Shown: piece after piece, positions 58,990 to 64,000 of the stretch
How positions within the stretch are numbered: the stretch's first letter is position 1
Layout: every line of letters begins with the position of its first letter
Assembly: GCA_963677435.1 (NCBI GenBank)
Contig: OY781945.1
Location: forward strand, 1,824,001 to 1,888,000
DNA: 64,000 bases
Reading direction: 5' to 3'
Source of the DNA: an uncultured Aliarcobacter sp.
GTDB lineage: Bacteria > Campylobacterota > Campylobacteria > Campylobacterales > Arcobacteraceae
The notes under the pieces: generated by a model
The model's database searches: none
What the model was told of the DNA's origin: nothing
The model's input: only the letters and a program-made list of their open reading frames with translations
Made by a program: the position numbers and the translations under genes

Positions 58990-60997
58990 ACCATTATTAA
59001 TTGAGATTGGTGTAGAAGAATTACCAGCGATTCCATTTTTAAATGAATTACCAAATATTGAAAAAAAATGGAGTGATATATTAGAAAAAAATAGATTGCT
59101 TTGTGAATTTGATTTCTTTTATACACCAAGAAGATTAGTATTATGGCACAGAGAGTTTCAAGTGGCTCAAGAAAATTCAACTGTTGAGCAATATGGAGCA
59201 CCAGTTAAAATAGCTTATAAAGATGGTGTTCCAACAGGTGCTGCTATTAGTTTTGCTAATAAATGTGGTGTTGATGTAACTGCTTTGGATAAAATTGATT
59301 TAGGAAAAGGTGAAGTTCTTTATTTCAAACAAGATGTAATTGGAAGTGAGTCTAAAACTTTATTAAATGATATGGTTAATGAATTTATTCATTCATTAAA
59401 CTTTGGAAAATCAATGAGATGGGCAAGCCGAACTGATAGTTTTATCAGACCAATTAGAAGTTTATCTATTCTTTTAGGTGAAGAAATAGTTGATGCTGAA
59501 CTTTTTGGAGTTAAATCATCTAATTTTTCATTTGCTCATAGAATGGTTTCTTATGAACCATTTACTTACTCTTTTGCAGGGGATTATTTCTGTAAACTTG
59601 ATAAATATGGTGTGATTTTATATCCAGATGAAAGAAGAGAAAGAATTCTTTCTCAAATGAAAGATATAGAGCAAAGACATAATATCAAAATAGAGATTGA
59701 TACTGAGCTTTTAGAAGAAGTTGTGGCAATTACAGAGTATCCAACAGCTTTAATTGGTAAATTTGATGTTGAATTCTTAGAATTACCAGAAGAAGTAATT
59801 GTAACTTCTATGAAAGAGAATCAAAGATATTTTGCAGTTTACAAAGATGGAAAATTAACAAATAACTTTATTGTTGTTTCAAACTCTAAAACTGAAGATT
59901 TTGGTTATATTATTGCTGGAAATGAAAAAGTATTAAGACCAAGACTTGCAGATGCGATGTTCTTTTATAAAAATGACATTAAAAATGGTTTATCAAATGA
60001 GGGACTTAAAAAACTTGTTTTTGTTGAGGGTTTAGGTTCAACTTATGAAAAATGTGAAAGAGAAGCAAAAATAGCTTCTTATTTAGCTGATATTTTTGAT
60101 GTTAAAGAAAAAGAACTTTTACAAAAAGCTGTAATGCTTTCAAAAGCAGATTTAATGTCAGAAATGGTTTATGAGTTTACAGAACTTCAGGGACTTATGG
60201 GATATTACTATGCAAAAATTGCAGGAGAAGATGAATTAGTTTATACAGCTTTAAAAGAACAATATTTACCAGAGGGAGAAGACTCAGAACTTCCATCAAA
60301 TGTTTTTTCATCAATTGTTGCTTTATCAAATAAATTAGATAATTTAATGGGATTATTCAGTGTTGGCAAAATTCCAACAGGTTCAAAAGATCCTTTTGCA
60401 CTAAGACGAGCAGCAGCTGGAATTGTGAAAATTGCAATGGAGCATAAATTATCACTAGACTTATCTAAAATTATCGATGAGTTATTAATAAACTACAAAA
60501 ATTTAGATAAAAAAGTATTAGTAGAATTTTTTAATGAAAGACTATTTAAAATTTTTGAAGTAAATCCAACAGTATTAAAAGCAGTTCTAGCAAGTGGTGA
60601 GACAGATATTTATAAACTTTCTCAAAAAATTTGTGCATTAAATCCAATAGTTCAAAGTGATAACTTTAAAGAGTATGTAGCTACTTTTAAAAGGGTTGCA
60701 AATATTATAAAAGATGTTGATGTAAATACAAAACTTGCAATTGATGAAGATTTATTTGAAAACAATGAAGAAAAAGAGTTATATACAAAATATAATGAAG
60801 TAAGATTTAAATCATATGAAACTTATGATGAAGAATTAGAAGCATTATTTGCACTAAAGCCACAATTAGATAGTTTTTTCGATAATGTATTTGTAAATCA
60901 TGAAAATGAAAAAATTAAAACAAATAGAAAAAATCTTATTGGATTAGTATATCAAGGTTTTAGAAAAATTGCTGATATTAAAGAAATTACAATCTAA
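58982..60997 (+). CDS. glyS: Glycine-tRNA ligase beta subunit
   Basis: EIGVEELP, TPRRL, EFTELQG, GSKDPFALRR. Confidence 0.97.
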   Translation: MNKPLLIEIGVEELPAIPFLNELPNIEKKWSDILEKNRLLCEFDFFYTPRRLVLWHREFQVAQENSTVEQYGAPVKIAYKDGVPTGAAISFANKCGVDVTALDKIDLGKGEVLYFKQDVIGSESKTLLNDMVNEFIHSLNFGKSMRWASRTDSFIRPIRSLSILLGEEIVDAELFGVKSSNFSFAHRMVSYEPFTYSFAGDYFCKLDKYGVILYPDERRERILSQMKDIEQRHNIKIEIDTELLEEVVAITEYPTALIGKFDVEFLELPEEVIVTSMKENQRYFAVYKDGKLTNNFIVVSNSKTEDFGYIIAGNEKVLRPRLADAMFFYKNDIKNGLSNEGLKKLVFVEGLGSTYEKCEREAKIASYLADIFDVKEKELLQKAVMLSKADLMSEMVYEFTELQGLMGYYYAKIAGEDELVYTALKEQYLPEGEDSELPSNVFSSIVALSNKLDNLMGLFSVGKIPTGSKDPFALRRAAAGIVKIAMEHKLSLDLSKIIDELLINYKNLDKKVLVEFFNERLFKIFEVNPTVLKAVLASGETDIYKLSQKICALNPIVQSDNFKEYVATFKRVANIIKDVDVNTKLAIDEDLFENNEEKELYTKYNEVRFKSYETYDEELEALFALKPQLDSFFDNVFVNHENEKIKTNRKNLIGLVYQGFRKIADIKEITI

Positions 60998-61115
60998 TTG
61001 ATTTTATTTTTCGGAAAAATTCCGAAAAATAAAAAACAAAGCCAATGTTCGCACGCATTAATTTTATTGTAAAATTAGTATTTTTTTTGTGTTGAGAAAA
61101 AAGATTGAATTTTAG

Positions 61116-61192
61116 TGGAGCTGGTGAAGGGAGTCGAACCCCCGACCTGCTGATTACAAATCAGCTGCTCTAGCCAACTGAGCTACACCAGC
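61116..61192 (-). tRNA. tRNA-Thr(TGT)
   Basis: Cloverleaf, anticodon arm GCTGA-TTTGTAA-TCAGC, encoded CCA. Confidence 0.95.
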
Positions 61193-61223
61193 GCTTAAAA
61201 AAGCATTTACATTTGCTTTAAAA

Positions 61224-61300
61224 TGGTGTCAAGAGAGGGACTCGAACCCTCGACCTCCGGCTTATGAGACCAGCGCTCTAACCAGCTGAGCTACCTTGAC
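61224..61300 (-). tRNA. tRNA with CAT anticodon (elongator Met or Ile2)
   Basis: GTCAAGG..CTCATAA..GGTTCGAG..CCA. Confidence 0.92.
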
Positions 61301-61340
61301 CTGAACATAAGACATCATTTTAAAACAAATGTTTTTAAAT

Positions 61341-61417
<77 letters not shown>

Positions 61418-61582
61418 ATTTTACACCAAAAAAATAGTAGAATCATAATTCTTTTACCATTTGGTGATTAAGTGCCGGAATTATAGTCAAATAAATACCT
61501 AATGTCAAGACTTTTTATAGGATATTTTTTGATTTTTTGATATAATAATTACATAACAAATAATTAATTATAAAGAAGAACT

Positions 61583-62614
61583 ATGAATGCAATACAAAGA
61601 GTACAAGAAGCTATAAAAGAGATTCAAAAAGGTAATATGGTAATAATGTTGGATGATGAGGATAGAGAGAACGAGGGTGATTTAGTTTATGCTGCACCTT
61701 TAAGTAGCGCTGATAAAGTAAATTTCATGGCTACTCATGCGAAAGGTTTAATTTGTGTATCTGTAACAAAAGAGACTGCAAATAGATTACAACTAAATCC
61801 TATGGTTAGCTCAAATACATCATCTTATGAAACTGCATTTACTGTTTCAGTTGATGCAGCAGATGCAAGTACAGGAATTAGTGCAAAAGAAAGAGATGAT
61901 ACTATTAAAATACTTTCAAATCCTATTTCGAATGCACTTGAACTTGTTCGGCCAGGACATATATTTCCATTAATTGCAAAAGATGGAGGAGTATTAGTAA
62001 GAACAGGGCATACAGAAGGAAGTGTTGATTTATGTAAATTAGCAGGACTTAATGGTGAAGCTGTTATTTGTGAAATCATGAAAGAAGATGGAACAATGGC
62101 AAGAAGAGATGATTTAGATATATTTGCTGCTAAACATGATTTAAAACAAGTTTATATATCTGATTTAGTTGAATATAGATTATCTCATGAAAAATTGGTT
62201 GAGGAAATTTCAAGTACAAATAAGAATTTCTTCTCTTCAAATGTAATTCAAAAAGAGTTTAAAGATCATCTAGGAAATATACATACAGCTATTATTTGTG
62301 GTGGTATAAATGAAGTTACTCATGTTAAATTTCATACAATAGCTCCTGATCTTAATCTTTTTCTAAATGATGAAAAACTTCATTCTATGCTTAAAACAAT
62401 TAATTTTTTACAAGCTAAGGGTGGAATATTAATATTTTTAAGTGATGAAATGAGAAAAAAAGATTCACAAAAAGATTATGGAATAGGGGCACAAATTTTA
62501 AACTCTTTAAACATAAAACAAATAAAACTTATGACTAGTGGAGGGAAACACTCTTTTGTTGGTTTACAAGGTTTTGGTCTTGAAATTGTTGAGGAGATTC
62601 AAATAGAGTGTTAA
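61583..62614 (+). CDS. ribB: DHBP synthase with degenerate GTP cyclohydrolase II-like C-terminus
   Basis: DREN EGD, RPGHIFPL, GHTE; C-terminal domain lacks Zn-binding Cys. Confidence 0.92.
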   Translation: MNAIQRVQEAIKEIQKGNMVIMLDDEDRENEGDLVYAAPLSSADKVNFMATHAKGLICVSVTKETANRLQLNPMVSSNTSSYETAFTVSVDAADASTGISAKERDDTIKILSNPISNALELVRPGHIFPLIAKDGGVLVRTGHTEGSVDLCKLAGLNGEAVICEIMKEDGTMARRDDLDIFAAKHDLKQVYISDLVEYRLSHEKLVEEISSTNKNFFSSNVIQKEFKDHLGNIHTAIICGGINEVTHVKFHTIAPDLNLFLNDEKLHSMLKTINFLQAKGGILIFLSDEMRKKDSQKDYGIGAQILNSLNIKQIKLMTSGGKHSFVGLQGFGLEIVEEIQIEC

Positions 62615-62629
62615 AACACTCTATTTGAA

Positions 62630-63124
62630 TTAATAAATTCCAGCAGCTGATTTTATTAATTCTAAAGTCTTTTGTGGAATTATTAAATCATTAGATAATT
62701 TATCTTGATTTTCTTTAAAGTATTTTGATTCTAATACAGTATTGATTTTATCTTCAAATTTTTGTATTACAGTTTCTTGAGTATCTTTATCTTCAATATC
62801 TAAAAATTGTCTAGGTTCTTGATTTATGATTCTGGCTAATCTATAACTGAATAAATACTCATTATCATAGTCTTCGTTAAATAAATTACATATTGTTTTA
62901 TAAACATCATTTAATTCTGCTTCATATTTTTTATAAATAATTCCTGCACTATCATTTAATGATTTTGTAAAATTATTATAATTTATGAATTGTTCTTTTA
63001 GAATATCTTCATCAACTGAGTCAGTATTAACATCATATTTTTTTGATAATAAATGTTTACAACAATAGTAAACAACATCCTCTTGAGTACTTTTAATGTT
63101 TGCTAAAAAATCTGATAATTTCAT
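62630..63124 (-). CDS. Hypothetical protein
   Basis: 164-aa ORF with GGAG RBS. Confidence 0.7.
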   Translation of the reverse strand: MKLSDFLANIKSTQEDVVYYCCKHLLSKKYDVNTDSVDEDILKEQFINYNNFTKSLNDSAGIIYKKYEAELNDVYKTICNLFNEDYDNEYLFSYRLARIINQEPRQFLDIEDKDTQETVIQKFEDKINTVLESKYFKENQDKLSNDLIIPQKTLELIKSAAGIY

Positions 63125-63198
63125 ATATATTCTCCGTAGATTTTGTAATAAGAGTATATAAATACTCCTATTACAATTAATTTATAGAAAATTATATC

Positions 63199-64000
63199 TT
63201 ATAAAACTGGTCCTGCAGCTGTGAAATCAAATTCACTTTCTAAAGTTAAGTATTTTTTAAAGTTTTTGATATACATTGAAGCTAATTTTCTTTTTGTTTC
63301 ATCATAAGCTTCTTTATCTTTCCATGTATTTCTTGGATTTAAAATCTCAGTATCAACACCTTTTAGTGTTTTTGGTATTTTTAAATTAAATACCGGTAAA
63401 AGTTCAAATTCTGATTCATTTATTGAACCATCTAAAATACCATTTATACAAGCTCTAGTATTTTTGATACTCATTCTAGAACCAAATCCATAAGCTCCAC
63501 CTGTCCAACCTGTATTAACAAGGAATACATTTACTTTATGTTGGTCAATTTTTCTCCCTAATAATTCAGCATAAACTGTAGGATTTAAAGGTAAAAATGC
63601 TTCTCCAAAACATGAAGAGAAAGTAGCAACAGGTTCTGTTATTCCTCTTTCAGTTCCTGCAACTTTTGCAGTATATCCACTTAAAAAATAGTACATTGCT
63701 TGTTGTTTATCAAGTTTTGCAACAGGAGGTAATACCCCAAATGCATCTGCACATAGGAATATAATATTAGTTGGATGCCCACCTCTCATATCAGGAGTAT
63801 GGTTTGAAATATGAGATAAAGGATAAGAAACTCTAGTATTTTCAGTTTTTGAACCATCTGTATAATCAACTACACCATTTTCATCTGCAACTACATTTTC
63901 TAAAATTGCACCTTTTCTTATTGCATTAAAAATTTCAGGTTCTGAATTTTTATCAAGATTAATAACTTTTGCATAACATCCACCTTCAAAGTTAAAAATT
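63199..64000 (-). CDS. pckA: PEP carboxykinase (ATP), 3' part
   Basis: [27 protein letters not shown]. Confidence 0.95.
   Translation of the reverse strand, partial: IFNFEGGCYAKVINLDKNSEPEIFNAIRKGAILENVVADENGVVDYTDGSKTENTRVSYPLSHISNHTPDMRGGHPTNIIFLCADAFGVLPPVAKLDKQQAMYYFLSGYTAKVAGTERGITEPVATFSSCFGEAFLPLNPTVYAELLGRKIDQHKVNVFLVNTGWTGGAYGFGSRMSIKNTRACINGILDGSINESEFELLPVFNLKIPKTLKGVDTEILNPRNTWKDKEAYDETKRKLASMYIKNFKKYLTLESEFDFTAAGPVL

Noticed and set aside
58809..59201. 130-aa minus-strand ORF
   Set aside because: Overlaps glyS and a better plus-strand small ORF on the opposite strand.
61583..62614. Degenerate GTP cyclohydrolase II domain on RibB as a novelty
   Set aside because: A known arrangement, and a separate intact ribA is present at 56679.

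Overview
Very AT-rich bacterial DNA whose core genes (XerH-type recombinase, ribBA-like, split nrdD, hemN/argF/lpxK neighbourhood) point to Campylobacterota, most likely Arcobacteraceae (inference). Bases 1-37312 are the right part of a heavy-metal resistance island that interrupts comEC and is built from nested Tn3-family transposons. (i) A copper/silver module (two P1B-ATPases, CusCBA-like pump, CopAB, Met/His-rich periplasmic proteins) ends in a transposon end at 15191. (ii) An outer element carries cadC-cadA and tnpA1, with its right end at 37312. (iii) A complete 15-kb arsenic/zinc transposon (22153-37146; 35-bp IRs, 6-bp target duplication TAAGTT) sits in the stop codon of tnpA1. The most striking feature is that the inner transposon has no serine resolvase. 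Instead it carries a XerH-like tyrosine recombinase divergent from tnpA, with a difH-like palindrome between them, suggesting a Tn3 lineage that co-opted the XerH/difH chromosome-dimer system for cointegrate resolution. Also seen: a six-copy promoter motif defining a copper regulon, an unannotated 32-aa lipoprotein within it, three ArsR-type operators and a nonsense-inactivated arsC. Bases 37313-64000 are ordinary chromosomal housekeeping genes plus three tRNAs. All family assignments are from motif recognition by eye; no searches were run.
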